A stretch of 64,000 nucleotides of DNA from a virus. Made by a program: the position numbers and the translations under genes. Location of the stretch: IMG/VR virus record IMGVR_UViG_3300034101_006340, positions 96,001 through 160,000 of that record. One strand, written 5' to 3'. The notes under the pieces are model-generated. The model was given only the letters and a program-made list of their open reading frames with translations. It had not been told where the DNA came from and made no database searches. Each line of letters opens with the position of its first letter. The stretch's first letter is position 1. Positions 32,093 through 46,600 of this stretch are shown piece after piece.

Positions 32093-33483
32093 TCTTCAAT
32101 ATAAGATACTTGTAAAATGCCTGGTGAACCTGGTAATAAGCAGTTTCCACAATCGAGTATTGTGTCTCTAGCAGATGTTGGGATGTTGAAACTACCCCTA
32201 TAAAACGGTGATTTAGATACTATAATTTCATCTAGTCCGCCACTAAATCCTTCTGTGGTTAATCCCCATCCATCAGATGATGAAAAATCATAGCCGTCAG
32301 TACGTGGATATGCCCCTATAATTAGATAGTCTGAATTTAATACTAGACTAGCGTTATGATATTGTTCGTCTTTTTCTATACCATTAATAAAACAACTAAT
32401 ATAATTGTTTGATCTTGACACTGCTATATGAGTAAAGGAAGATGTTGATACAGACAAACCGGTAGCGATTACTATATCAAATAAATTCCCTTTATTACCA
32501 GTAGCAAATGCTATCTTATTAGCATGATGATATATTTTCCAGCTATGGTTGTTGCCGGATTCTGAAGAACAAGACAAAAGTGTCTGTGGAGATGTTGGTG
32601 ATCCGCTGTTGGGCTTAAACCATAACGACAGCGTAAAATTACCATTTAACGACCAAGATGATGATTCTTTTTGAACCACATGCATGTGAGGAAACGTTGT
32701 GAATCCTATATGTGGATTGTTTGTTAATGTAGTGAGAGTGCCTGGGAATTGCCAATAATTAGAAAAAGCTCCGCTTCCTAGAACTCCGGTAGCAACATAA
32801 TCAGTAGCATAAATAGTGTCTATTCCATAACAACCAGTAATAAGAATAAAATTTCTATCAGTACTATCCAAATTAGTATACATAATTAAGTCGCAATCAT
32901 TGTCCACTCCACCAGAAGGAATAATAGAATTGCTTAGAGTAAATTCTCCTGTACCTATATTATTAACAGCAGCTACTTGAAAATGATAGGTATTATTATT
33001 AGTTAGAGGTACTGTTCCTGAGATTGCAGATCCCACCCCATCAGAATATGTAATCCAAGAAATATCTCCTGTCTGTTTATATTGAATGATATAATCAGTA
33101 ATTGTTGATTTACCATTATCTGGTTCTGTCCAAGATAAAACCCCTAGTGAATCTTTGTCTCTAGCAAAAACACTACTGATAGTTTTGGGCTCGCTTGGTG
33201 GAAGTTCATAACACAAAACATCACACGTCAGATAAGATAATGGAGAAGTCCTATTGGGTTCTAAATTATAACATAATATATCATTTACTAAATAAGAATG
33301 ATATACTTTCTCTGATAGCACAGAATTATAGGTTAAAATATCAGCATTAAGATAGCTAACTATAGTTTTAAGAGTTGGATCTGTATATGTTAAAATATCT
33401 GCTGATAAATAATCATGAATGACATGGTAGATGTATTTTTCCGCATATTTTGTTGAGAAACCATAAAAAGGAGGTAGAATCAT
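32089..33483 (-). CDS. FN3 + LamG-like virion protein (464 aa)
   Basis: FN3 (VLSWTEPDNGKSTITDYIIQY...FQVAAVNNIGTG); LamG (FTLSLWFKP...FTHIAVSR...FING...GGLDEII); four N-terminal YLxxD(I/V)L(T/C)Y repeats. Confidence 0.8.
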   Translation of the reverse strand: MILPPFYGFSTKYAEKYIYHVIHDYLSADILTYTDPTLKTIVSYLNADILTYNSVLSEKVYHSYLVNDILCYNLEPNRTSPLSYLTCDVLCYELPPSEPKTISSVFARDKDSLGVLSWTEPDNGKSTITDYIIQYKQTGDISWITYSDGVGSAISGTVPLTNNNTYHFQVAAVNNIGTGEFTLSNSIIPSGGVDNDCDLIMYTNLDSTDRNFILITGCYGIDTIYATDYVATGVLGSGAFSNYWQFPGTLTTLTNNPHIGFTTFPHMHVVQKESSSWSLNGNFTLSLWFKPNSGSPTSPQTLLSCSSESGNNHSWKIYHHANKIAFATGNKGNLFDIVIATGLSVSTSSFTHIAVSRSNNYISCFINGIEKDEQYHNASLVLNSDYLIIGAYPRTDGYDFSSSDGWGLTTEGFSGGLDEIIVSKSPFYRGSFNIPTSARDTILDCGNCLLPGSPGILQVSYIED

Positions 33484-33485
33484 GA

Positions 33486-34655
33486 CTATGGTCCGCTATT
33501 AGATGCTGTTGTATCTCCAGACAGTATAATAACATTATTAGCGACCTTCAGAAGTGTACCTATAGAATATTGGCCTACTAAATTTTTATGACTATATCTA
33601 TTAGCTATTGTGCCAGAAAATCTTACTTGTCCGGAATTCAATTGAACAACTAAACAATTAAAGCCTGTAGTAATTTCGTTTGAAAAACTTACATTAATAA
33701 AAGATGAATTGTAGTCTAATACCACAATTCGACCATTATCTGATTGTGTAATCGTATAATTATTTGTGTTTTGTATATTTAATGCGGCGGAAAATCTACT
33801 AAGAGAACCATCTCCCAAATACTGATTTCCATTTAAAAAATTATCTCCAGAAATTCTTGCAAAATCACCGGTACTATATGTAGAAATGGTGCCTAAGCCT
33901 AAAAATGTTCTTTGTAATGCTGTGGTTTCCTGAGACAATAGATTTTTACTGGCGTTGCTGATATTAATCGTACTAAATAAACCAGAAGAAGTGCCATAAA
34001 GCAAGGTGCCTGATATAATATTAGCTCTAGAAATACTATCCAAAATAGGGCTATAGGCCTGGGTATACTGTCCTATATTTAATCCGGTAACACCGATAGT
34101 CAATCTATTAAAATCGGGATCCTCGTAATTAAGCTGTATATAAGAACCAGCATCAAGTAATGCGTCTACTCGATCATCTATAGTTTCTGATAAATTGGTA
34201 ATATCCGAAGGAATATGATTATGAGATATTGGTGCATAAACACCGCTTGTGGTTGGGGATGCTATTGTAATTAATTGATTAATAGCATCTATATTAATAG
34301 TTGTACCGCCGCTACCAGTAATAGCTATAGTATGGTCATAGCCGCTTAAGCTAAATTGATTAGTAAAATCTGTAAGCCTTAAAATAGAAATTCCTGATCC
34401 CGGAGGACCAGGTAAGCCACTAGGACCAATAGGTCCAATTCCACCGCTCGGTCCAACGGGTCCAACTAAACCAATTCCCGGAGGGCCTTGTGGTCCAGTA
34501 AAACCCTGTAAACCTCTTTCTATAGTAATTATCGAAATAGTATTAATAAAATTATCATTAATATTAACAGTAGACAAATTAACTTCTGTATCATCAGTAG
34601 ATTGTCTGATAATTAGTTGATTGTTAATAGGTTGTGCTATATTGAGTATTGCCAT
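33486..34655 (-). CDS. Collagen-like fibre protein (389 aa)
   Basis: G-X-Y run GLQGFTGPQGPPGIGLVGPVGPSGGIGPIGPSGLPGPPGSG; fibre-type C-terminus (NYTITQSDNGRIVV...QYSIGTLLKVANNVIILSGD). Confidence 0.75.
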   Translation of the reverse strand: MAILNIAQPINNQLIIRQSTDDTEVNLSTVNINDNFINTISIITIERGLQGFTGPQGPPGIGLVGPVGPSGGIGPIGPSGLPGPPGSGISILRLTDFTNQFSLSGYDHTIAITGSGGTTINIDAINQLITIASPTTSGVYAPISHNHIPSDITNLSETIDDRVDALLDAGSYIQLNYEDPDFNRLTIGVTGLNIGQYTQAYSPILDSISRANIISGTLLYGTSSGLFSTINISNASKNLLSQETTALQRTFLGLGTISTYSTGDFARISGDNFLNGNQYLGDGSLSRFSAALNIQNTNNYTITQSDNGRIVVLDYNSSFINVSFSNEITTGFNCLVVQLNSGQVRFSGTIANRYSHKNLVGQYSIGTLLKVANNVIILSGDTTASNSGP

Positions 34656-34657
34656 AA

Positions 34658-37600
34658 TTATGCTTGTCTATTAATAGTAATAGTATCACTACCAGAATCA
34701 TCATATACTAAAATATCAAATGAACTGATAATACCAGGACCCCAATTTGCTCCATTACTAGAGGACAATGTAATTGTAGTTAATCCGGTTGTAGAATTAT
34801 ATGTGTCTTTATTTGTATTGGGCTGGAACCTATTAAATCCACAGTATGTCCAATTGCCTAATCCTGTTCTATCTATTTTAACCTTCATGCGTTGTGATAG
34901 AGCCGGATAAACGCCTCCATCTATATTTAATGTTACAGTCCAGGAATTTGATGATTGTCCCCAAGATACTGTGCTACTAACTATTGATAGTGGTTTACCA
35001 ACATTCATAATACAATCTTTATAGAAAGCTTTTGGTCTCCAGCCAAGAACAAAAATAGGAGCCAATGGATTTTCTCTTGTTATTACACGATAATTATATT
35101 GACCATACAAAATATTAGGTCTACCAGATATCAAAAAGTCAAAATTGCCTTCTGTATTACTATCTATATTAGCTGGCATGATCTTAATATTATCTTCTAT
35201 AGTGGAATGAATTTTAATAGAATCATTAGTAGAGAATCCTCTGTATATACCGGATGGGGTTGAACCGCCACCAGCTATAAGCACTAAACCTGTATTAGAA
35301 ATAGAGTTAACCGATAAAATAGTAGCTTTATCTTCCATAGTATAGAATACGCTACTAAATCTATCACTATATTGTGATGTAATTTTATCTAGAATAATAT
35401 TTGTTGTGGCCTCGGTCATAGATAAATTATTATGTCTAATATAAATTAGGTTACCACTTAGATCTATGTTGGTGATTCTTGTTACTGGTTTAAGATCAAT
35501 ATCTAGATTAAGACTTTGACTACCATAATTTTTGCTAAATACTATTGGACGAGTACCCATATTAGGAACAGACAGTCCGCCAAGATCAAAATTACCACTA
35601 GTTAGACCAGTAATAAAAACATCTAGTATTTGTGTTGGCTGGAATGGCGGAGTGTATGTTACAGTAACTTCTACTAAGTTATTTACATCGAATACTTCAT
35701 ATATATCTGTTTGACCTGGAGAGCTATTTATACTTGCTATCCAGTCATTGCGAACAACTAATGAGGTTGGAGCAGAATAGTATCCTGCTGTTTTTGTAAA
35801 ATCTGGGATATTGCCGCTGTTGTTGAATTTACGAGACACGACACTATTAAGTATAATTCCAGAAATACTAGGCAAATACGAACTCGAAGACCATATGCTA
35901 CCATTATTACCAGAAATTGATAATAAATATGGATAATTAGTATATCCGTCTGGACATAACCCTCCTATACAAATATCTGTTGGTATATACCCGCCAAGGG
36001 CTAGTCCACGAATTCCATACTGTCCATTCAGGCTATTGTAGTTTATAAGTTCTCCACTATAAATATTAAACGTATCTGGATAGGATATTGTTACAGCTGG
36101 GAACGAGTTTTCCGTTGGTATATCTCCTAATAATCCAGCTTTATGTACCCAAGAATATATGCTAGGCGTGGCTGTTGGATTAGTGTTTGGATCGAATGTT
36201 GGAAATGCACCACCGGCACAACTATAATCTATTCTAAATGTAGCTCCTTTATTATTTGCGCTTTGTGCCAATGTGCTTGATGTTAGTCTGATGGGAGCAC
36301 TATTCTGGATAGCCACAGAAACTGATCCGCTTTGAATAGTACTATTACTGACTAAATTGGTAACAGTATAATAGGCAGTGCCAGCCCTTTCGTTTTGCGG
36401 CTTGTTTCTTTCAATAATAGAATCTCCATAAGCTAATCTAGAATTTAAAGAAAATGTTGTTCCGTCGTCTCCATATGAACGATTAGCTAGTGGTGGAGGG
36501 TCCGTGATTTCTATATAAATTGGGGGTAATGATACCCCACTAAATCTTACAAAACCTGTCTCTGGACATGTTGTATATTTAATTTCTGCTAGTCTAGATG
36601 TATCATCAACAACATTATATCTCAGGCCCGTTCCAAAAGTATCAGATGATGCAAAATATCCCCCAGTAGGTATATAGCCACTAAAACTTGGAGAAACAAA
36701 ACCATATATACCATATCTACCTTGAAGATCAGCAGCAACCCTGCCATTACCTAAAACACAACCCTCTGTACTAAGAGTAACATCACCAACATTAAATACT
36801 GTTGCTAAATCAGCTATTGCTTTAACAACAGGAGTTGAGATAACAATCTCTGCTATTCCTGTGTGTGGGGAAGAAATACTTTCGTTGCTCTTAATATAAA
36901 ATGAATTTAATGGAACATGATTAGGTAAGCCGGTCAGGGATGTAGCTTTTTTAACATAATAATTACCATCATTATTATTCAACTCTAGCATGTTGAAATA
37001 AATAAAAGAATTATTTTGTATATTAGTATATTGAGCACTATGGCTGGCCACTGGATGTAATACAAGAAAGTCTGTTGAGGTACTGTCTGCGCCACTATAC
37101 ATAACAGGAAATTTTGCACAGTGCGGGCTGAATGGTATGGTTGAATAACATGTCATTTCTAAAACTGAAGCTTCTGGTTGTTTAACCGTTATACCACCCA
37201 TAGTAATCTTGTCATTACCAGTAGATGGTGTGAATATAGGATCGGCATTTTCAAAATATAAAGTCATATATATATTAGGCGCCATTGGTGTAACAGAGGT
37301 GCCGAATATAATTTCTTGTGTCTTTTTCTTGCCTCTCGCGTCGATAATTGTGAGATAGAATTTATCAGGATACTCAGAAGAACCACTTGGTGGATAATAT
37401 GATACAGACCCTTGTATGGTCAGTACTCCGCTATTCACATTGTCGTAGTGTGGAGCATTGAATAAGTTGCCTTCTGGTCCAGAATATTGTATTGAATATG
37501 TTAAACCAGTTGGTAAAGATCCGCTAGTAATTATACCGCTTAAACCAGTTGGTATTGGGCATACAGATCTATTAGCTGGTCCAAATTTATAGACATTGAA

Positions 37601-40600
37601 ATAAGAATCGCATCCTGGTTTAATAGCTGTTTTAATATTAAACTCTGGTGCCGACCCTTGAACAATATTCGGAACGGGATGGTCCTGTGTGGTCGGGATA
37701 TAAGTAAATACAGACTGAATACTATCAGATGGTTCTATGTAAATAGGATTATTTGCTAAATTAGTATCTATAGCAATGATAGAGAAGTCTAACTCTCCAG
37801 AGAGTAGACAGGATGGGTCTCCACTAAAGCTAAAATTCCAAGATTTGTCTGCTGTATTAAATAATGGCTGTGTTGCTATGCATTTATGTAGCTGTGAATT
37901 TGGAGGCAAGTCTGTATTGTATAATGGATCTAGTCTTGGATCATAACCACTACACACAGTTGGTGTTCCAGAAAGAAAAATAGAGGGCGGGTTTTGTGGG
38001 GATTGAAGTCCAAAAATTGTTTTGAAATTAAGCTGCCATTTTTCTCCTTGTTGAACAATTAAACCTGATTCTGGTGTGAATGGAGTATTTTGATTTCCAT
38101 TATTTATTCCAGTGATTTTAATCGGTAAACCTTCTACAATATCTAAGTTGTTATTTTGTAATTCAAGTAGATTTACTTTAGCTACGGCTGTAATTTTATC
38201 ATCGGCTATTCCTTTGCATTGTAGAGTTAAGGATGGGTATTGAGAATTAGTATCTACAATCAATCTGGCATCCCATTTATCAATTAGTTTATTACCAGTA
38301 GCATAGAATTCCCATATATTTAAATTACTATCAAATTGCATAGAAGCTTGATTCGGAGATATAAATAAGCTATTGTTGCCAGCAAAAGTAATTTGATTCG
38401 ACGCCTTGTTGCCAGAAGCCTTGTCAACTATATCTGCGTTTATAAAAAATTCATTATTTGGAGTAGTATATATATTTGATTGAATATAATTAATAGACTT
38501 AGTATGTTTATAAGTTATATTAAATGAACCAGTAATAGAACTAGCAATCTGATCGTCGGCTGTAAATTTAATATTATATGTTCCCGTATTAGCAGCATAT
38601 CTGCCATAAATATCGGGCTTGCCTTCTAATAATACAATCCAATAGTTTCCATTTTCATTATATCTGTATCTAACTTTATAGGATAAATCTATATTAGAAT
38701 TATCTCCGATAGATGGAGTATTATATAATTTAACTCTGGGTGGCTTATCTGGTCTGTGTTTTATTACGCCTTCTTGTAGTGCAAATTCATAGGTCCAGGG
38801 TTGATCAAGACTAAATATACCTGAACTACTAGAATTGTAGTAATAGCTAACCATCATAGGTCTATAAAAAGTTAAATTAAAGTTATAAGTGCTTGAGCTA
38901 TAATTTACAGTCGATGGTGATCCATCGACGTATAGATACTGATTAACATTATAAGAGAATTGACCACCCGCAATATATTTTGTCTCAGATAAATATGAGC
39001 TATCTCCAGTATTTTTAGGAATTACTGTAGCAATATATCTGTTTGTATCTCCGTCCCAACTAATGCTAGTTGTGGTATTAATACCAGGAGCAGAAAAGAA
39101 TGTGCTGGGATTAGCGACTTGTTCATATACAGGAATATAAAAAGATATATTTTGTAGCTGGCTAATATCTACATAATAATCAGTTTTTACTTTATTAAGC
39201 GTTGGAACAAACGGGGGTCTATCATTTAAACTGCTCAAAATCTTTATCGTTCCGGTGCCGACAGCAATAGTTTCGCTAGTATAGAAATCAGCAAATCTAA
39301 TAACAGGATTCCAAATGCCAGTGCTGAATGGTATTGTGCTGCCTCCACCACCTGCTAATCGATATCCTTGAACACTAATAGTAGATGCGTCTCTAATATC
39401 AATATCGTAACTAAAGTCATTTGGTGTTCCAAAAAGAGTTATACCTTGATTACCAGGAAAGTCATTAAGCAGATCCAGTCCTGTGGTATCGAAATTTAAA
39501 AACCATTCGGTGTCTGACGTTGTGAAGTATCCAGTAGGATATGTTGTATTAACAGATTTTTTATCTTTAATAATCATATTAACTGTTTTATAGCTATCTC
39601 CAGTTTCATCTCTAGCTATAATTGTTAAAGGATATACTCCTGTTTTATTCATTGGTATAATTTCTACTCCGATATCCCAGCCAGAACCAGCTCTATAACC
39701 ATATAGCAATGGAGAGGCATTTGTGAGTGTTCTGTAGGACGCCAATCCAGATATATAAATTTTTGGTATATTGACTGAAGCTGGAGTAACAAGCATTGGC
39801 GAACCACCGCTGGTGCTAATTCGAATTGTCTCTCCTAAAGAATCGGAATAGATTGTAAAATTTTCTCCAATATTATCGAATAACATGCCTGTATTGTTGT
39901 ATATAGACAGATTAGTAATTCCTATTTTGTCTTTATTGTTATAAATAATATTGGTAGTATCATTATTAAATTGTAAAGCATAGCCAGAATAGATTGGTAT
40001 ATTTTTCACTAAATGGAATAAATGAGTCCATTTTTTAGTACTTGAATCAAAGTAATTAATACTATTTTGCACCAATTGGGTATTTAGACCTACTGCTAAA
40101 GACTGAGTAATAAAAGTATTATCAATATTAGGATACAGATGGGTTTTAATATTATATTTGCTAGGAATAATATATACTAAACCAGATGAGCCAACTAAAG
40201 AACTATTATAGTTGGGACTAATAGATATTTTATTGCTATTAATAAAATCTGTAATTCTATAAGTTGTACTAATAGACGATGCAACTGAATCAAAATCAAA
40301 ATAATAAGAATCATTAGAATTTAAAGAAGCAAACGATGATCCCAAGTATGGAGTGATAGTGACACATAATTTATTAGAATTACAAATTTTTTCGTCCGCA
40401 AATACCGCATAAACACCGGTTAGTGGGCTATTTGAAATGACAGCATCCACATCTTGTGGCCATCTGGCAGTATACCCTCCATAAGACTGTAAGTAGATAT
40501 TATTGTAGTTAATTAAATCAAATGTACCAGAGTAGTGAGGTATAAATGAAATCGTACCAATGTTTGGTAAAAATCCAGTTCCAGTGCCGAATGGTAACAG

Positions 40601-43600
40601 ATGACGAACCGTATTTTCTCTTAAGCTTGCATATTGGTAGTCATATATACTGCTGGGGATACTTAATGATCCATCCAAAGATATACCAGTAATAGAATAT
40701 AATTGATTTACTGGATTAATTTTTTGTATAAATCTTGCATAACCAGATGAAACAGGCATTCGATTTAGATCTTTAATACGCAGCTGTTCATTTTCCAAGC
40801 AGTAGCTTTTCACAGAACTAAGATTATCTATAACTATTAAATTACCATTATAATAAATTGTATTGTTTTTATTATATGGTTTATTAGTATTACAATACTT
40901 TGTACTAGTAGATATAGATGGTAATATATAAAATGAATTAGATAATGGTTGATTATTACGAGGATAATATAGCTTATCAGTAAATATTGGTATTGCAGAA
41001 TCGAGCAGTAGGCCTGGAGTATTAACTGTGTTTTCTACGTAAGTATTTAATTGTAGATAGTTAAAATTACTTGTGGTATTGCCATTTAATTCTATTGTAA
41101 TTGTATCAAATCTTGTAACAGGAATAGTGATATCAAGGTTTCCAGATAAGCCGTTAGTTCCTGTTGTGAATATTGGAGTAACACCAGAGACAACTCCAAG
41201 ATCCGCAAGCTTATCAATAAGAGTTTGTTGGGAGTATGTGATTTTTGTAATACTGAATCCGGAATCTTCCGACGATGTTTGTATACCTCCAAAAATTTTA
41301 ATAGTATTGGTATTGTGTCCTAAGTACAAAAATTGTAACATTTTATTAGAACCACTAGTACTAATAATATCTGTAATATACCATCTTTCTGGTGAGCCAA
41401 CGCCTTTCATGTTAAGATATGGTATATTATTTATGTGATTAGTAAAACCAGTAGAATAAATATGATAAAAATCGACATATCCAATATCGGTTGGTTCCGC
41501 TCTTCTTACTGTTCTAATACCACTACTCCACTGTTGATTACCACTATTAAAAATAGAAGCATAGCCTATTCTAGTATCGTTAAGTGTTCCCGTAGTAGAT
41601 ATGATCTTATGATATCTGGGAATAATACCAGTAAAAGAGTAGCCGGAATTATAGTCTAAATATTGATGTCCTGTAGTCTTAGACAAATTGTCATTATAGT
41701 TCAAAATAAATCCACGATCTAGTCTATTGGTCAGATTAACATCCAAATAACAGGTACCAGAAGAGGATGCAGCAAATATATCTGTTATAAAACTTAGTCG
41801 CTCTTTATTTTCTGGTTGTAGAACAGCTGCTGATCTTTCGAGTAATACAAAATCTTTATCTGGAACATCGTCGATATTTCTAATTGATAAATTTTCTTTA
41901 AATACTTTGAAGCCAGTGTTATATGTAGCATTATGATCCCAAATCATAGAAGGCGATAGTGGCTGAAAATTACTAAGACGAATATTATCAAAAATAGACA
42001 CAATTCCAGTTGGTAAATTCAAAGATAGAATTTTTGTATCTTTACGATATTCGAACGTAATATTGGTATATGTTGAAGAAAATTCTTTATCCAATTTTCT
42101 AACATCATAAATAATTTCGTGATCATGGAACAATGAACCAAAAAACTTAAAACCATTAGTCATATATGTACCAGAAACAATACTATCTAAATATTCATCA
42201 CTTTTTAATAGATACCTAGCATTGTCTGATGAGACAACTTTTTGACCGCTAACACCAATAATATCAAACAAATAATTTTTGGGTAATCTTGCACTATTAG
42301 TATTGTATACAGAATTAAATTTAATTGGTAATCTATTTACATAGTCGGGACTCTTGATAATTTGTTCATGGTTTCTGTCTAGATTTAAGCGTATAGAACC
42401 AGTATGAGTAACAACCCTGTTAGACGGATAAAGGAATAAATTTCTAACCTTTATTGTGTTAGATGTTGAGGAAAGTACGTCTGTGTATGTATCGGTGCGT
42501 GGAAATAAAGCGTTTGCTTGATTAGACAATGCTTCGTATAGATATACATAGTCATTAATTCTTAAATCTTTATTGAAATCTTTATTTGAAGTAATAGTGA
42601 TATCATTGGCCGCAAATGATGTATAAAATGTTGCTACTCCAGTAACATACTGAGAACCAACAAGATCATCGTGTACAACCATTCCATTAATAATAGAATT
42701 TGGTATATTGACAGGGCAATCTCCAGATGATAAACCCACACTATTGTACAGTGATTCCTCTGGAAAATAGTTATCATCTGCTGGAGCAATACCAGTGTAC
42801 ACAAGAAGACCAGAAGTAGAAGCCCGGTCATAAATATTGCTTAAACGTATAGCATATTCGTTTGTATATGCGTAATATGGCACCAGTTTACCCCAGCTGT
42901 AGTAGAAGTCTGGTTCCGTAAAACTTAATCCTGTAGGTCTATTTTCTAAATTGTCTTCATAGTATCCTAATGAACCATTATTGACTTCTGTTGCTGTATA
43001 CGAGTATACTGTTGGATATTTTAATACTATTTGATTGATAGTACCAGGAAATAAAATATAGGCCGATCCACTGTGTGCTAGAATAGCATAGTCATGAACC
43101 AATCTATCGTTGTTTTCGCAAAGCAGTTCTTCTTCTAATAGTTCAGCAAATATTTTGCCATTATTTGGATATATTTTTGTTGTGTCTAATAATTCATATC
43201 TATTAGACAATTCTATCCTAGAACCATTTAACTTTTCTGTTTCTGGTATTAATCCAAAATTATCTTCTGTAGATAAGATAGCATATTCGAATGGGCTACT
43301 ATTATAAAAATATCCAGTATAATTTCTATCATCAGTAATAAGTTGAGTTGTATCATTAGATCCAATTCCGTTTACATATAAAATAGGATTATTGATATGT
43401 TCTAAAAATGTCCAACTATCATAAGCATGTAATAAATCAGATCGTGCATAGTCTATATTAGAAACAAATAATCCTTCATTATCATCATCTGTCGGAGGAT
43501 TAACAACTCTTAGTGGGTTGTAAACAATTCCTGTCGGGAGTAGTTCGATATTTTCTCTAAGATTGCGACGAATCCTAAAGGGATATGTGCTAAACCAAAC

Positions 43601-46600
43601 TCTTTCATCAACAATGATGCCATTTATTTTTTCTTTATTTTCTGTTACGATTGAATAATTATTTTCAGTGGTAAAAAAAACATCTATTAATGTGACTGGA
43701 TGTGTTATATATTCAAAATTGCTTTCATTGTCCCCGATAAGCGTATCGACTTCAGAAGATAGTGTATTTTCTAATTTTTCATCGAACAGCTTAGAATAGG
43801 ATATCTTCTTAGACCATGCCACAGACTTTTGTGTATTATCTTTATATGCCAAGTAAGATAAATCATCTTCTATTTTTAGATCATCGATTGTTCCTTCTTG
43901 TTCAACCTTAAAAGAAAGTTGGGGAATTGAATATTCATGGTCTAATGCGTCATTATTTTCTGTTAAAACAAGACCCTTTGCTTCCTGTATAAGTCCTCTG
44001 CCCAAAATAATACTAAAATCACTAATTTCTTTTGCTCTAAGATTGGTTCCAAAACACTCGCTTAAGTTTTGCTCTCCTAAATATTGTCCAGTAAATACTG
44101 CAAAATCTCTATATGGTATATAGATATTATCAAAAATAAATAAATTACCACTAATTGGAGTTCCGCTTAATACTGTTGGACGATATGTTTTAGTGACTTT
44201 GGTGTTGCCAGATAATCCTATGCTAGGATCTGAAATAGGCAAAGATCGAGCAAAAACATTTGTGCCGATACCAAATAACTGGGGAGCACCGCTAAGTGTA
44301 ACAATATTACTGAAAGTCTTAGTCGTTGGTTGAGCATGACGGAATAGGTCGCTGCCTTTCATAAAAATTCCAGACACGGAATTAGACGCAGAACCAAAGA
44401 AAATATAAGGATTATAACCACCATTAACTAATAATTCTCCAACTAATGTGTCCTTACTATTTTCTAGTACGGTATTTTTAGCAAGTTGAATAGAGTTAAT
44501 CTTTAGTATTTCACTAATTCCAGAAGCTAAAACATTGGATGTTATAACTGGATTGCCAGAAACTTCTATAATAAGATTATTGAATGCATACAAACCAGAA
44601 GCGTCCGTGGCTTTAATATCTATTGAATACGATCCAATGTCGCATTGATCAGGGGTGCCGCTTAATACAAGATTAATAGCATCAAAAGATAACCATCTAG
44701 GTAGTGGGTGTCCACCCTTAATATTTGCTGAATATTGCAATACTCCGCTGTCTGGTTCCACAAACATATTACCTGGTAAACTATATACAAAAACATTATC
44801 GATAGGAATTCCAGTAGGTTCTAATACAATATTAACTTTTGGTATCTCATTGAGATTTTGTACATAAACATATAGAACTTGTTCGTAAAAAGAAGAAAAG
44901 TTTATATTTTGAGGTGTGCATCTTACTCTAATCGGGATAATATTATTATTCTCATAGTCTAAAGCTTCATTAGTATATAAAAAGTATCTATTTTTATCTC
45001 TAGTAATTCTAAATTTATTATTAAATTCAGAAAACGATCCATTAACTAACTCATAATTCATAGGAGCAGAGATAAAATCTAGTGGTTGATAATTTGTATC
45101 AAAAAGTCTTATACTTTGATAATTATCAATATTATATCTAACATAAACGCCGGTATGAACATTAATATCTGATAGAACTGAGCTATAATTACATGCTAAG
45201 TCTGTTCTGGCATATATGTCTACATTGCCACTATTATTAGTAAACAAAGGAGCAATTTCAATAGACTGACCATCTATGAGACGATCTATTCTTGTGGCGG
45301 TGGTGATAGAAAACGACGAATCACCATAAGCGTCTGGTTCATATACAAATCCAGAATTCTGTAATCCTATAAGAGATGCAGCCAATGGATTATTAATGTC
45401 TCCAGCTCCTCCGTCATTAACAAATACAATATTTTCTCCTGTATTAAATATTGGAGATGTCCTGGTTTGAGCACCAAGAATATTTAGTGCCTCTCCATCA
45501 ACCCAAAGCTTATTGCAGCTTTTAAATAAATGAGCAGAAAAATCATCTATGGTAATAGATACTGGTCCAGATATTATCGTTGGATTAATGTCTATCGTTT
45601 TTATTGGAGCATTGATATTTATAGTGCTAGAGGTTATGCTAGTAATCACCCTACGGTAATTATAAATATTATTAGAGAAATCCTTATATTGAATTTTGAT
45701 TGTCATATTTGGTTTAATAAAAGTATGCAAAGCATAGCCATACTGATTAACTAAATAAGCAGAATTATATTGTATAGATGTTCCTTGAATAGCTGCTGGA
45801 ATATTAGTGTTAAAGAACTTATCATATCCACTCGGAGCATTAACTACCAACTTAGCGCCAGAAGGTAAACCATATTTTACAGCCATCCATTTTGGTGCAG
45901 TAACAGCGACGGAATTAGAATTAGGTGCTCCTTGAACAATATATCTACCAGATGGCGGCAAATACATTGATGCAGAGGAAAACTGACACTCTAGCATCGC
46001 TCCGGCTACGGCCTGATGAGGTTTTTGTGTTTGAATAACAAAAGTATTATTTAAAGGATGTTGTGTAAAAGATTCATAATATCTTGGTCTATGAATGTCT
46101 AATACTAAAGATCCGTCATGACTTTTTTCGAATACGCCAGTAATAGCAACGTTTTCTGGAGTATAAAAATAATAGGGATATAGATATCTTAAATCAACGC
46201 TTAGATTTTGTGCTGGCGGAGATTTAGCCCATACATATTGTGTTTTTGTAGCTTCTTTACCAGATGACATATCCTGATAAGTCCACTTATGCACATGTCT
46301 GCGTAATTGAGAATTATTATAAGCTTCTGTTTTATAACCAATATTCGGTACTGTGGTAGTATTAATAATATTTGAAATATTGTTGGGATCACGATAAGTA
46401 GCATTATTAATAATACCACTAGTAAAAGAAAAATGAGCCACCCCAGAACTTAAGCCTTTATTCATTAATAATTCGATATTATATGCAATAGTTTTTTCTT
46501 TTGGTAGTTGTATGACTGGAGATAAAGAAATCCAGCTTCCGTGTGTTTCTATGCCTTTCAGGTATGCTGCTACAGTTGAATATTGACCATGTTCTAAAAC

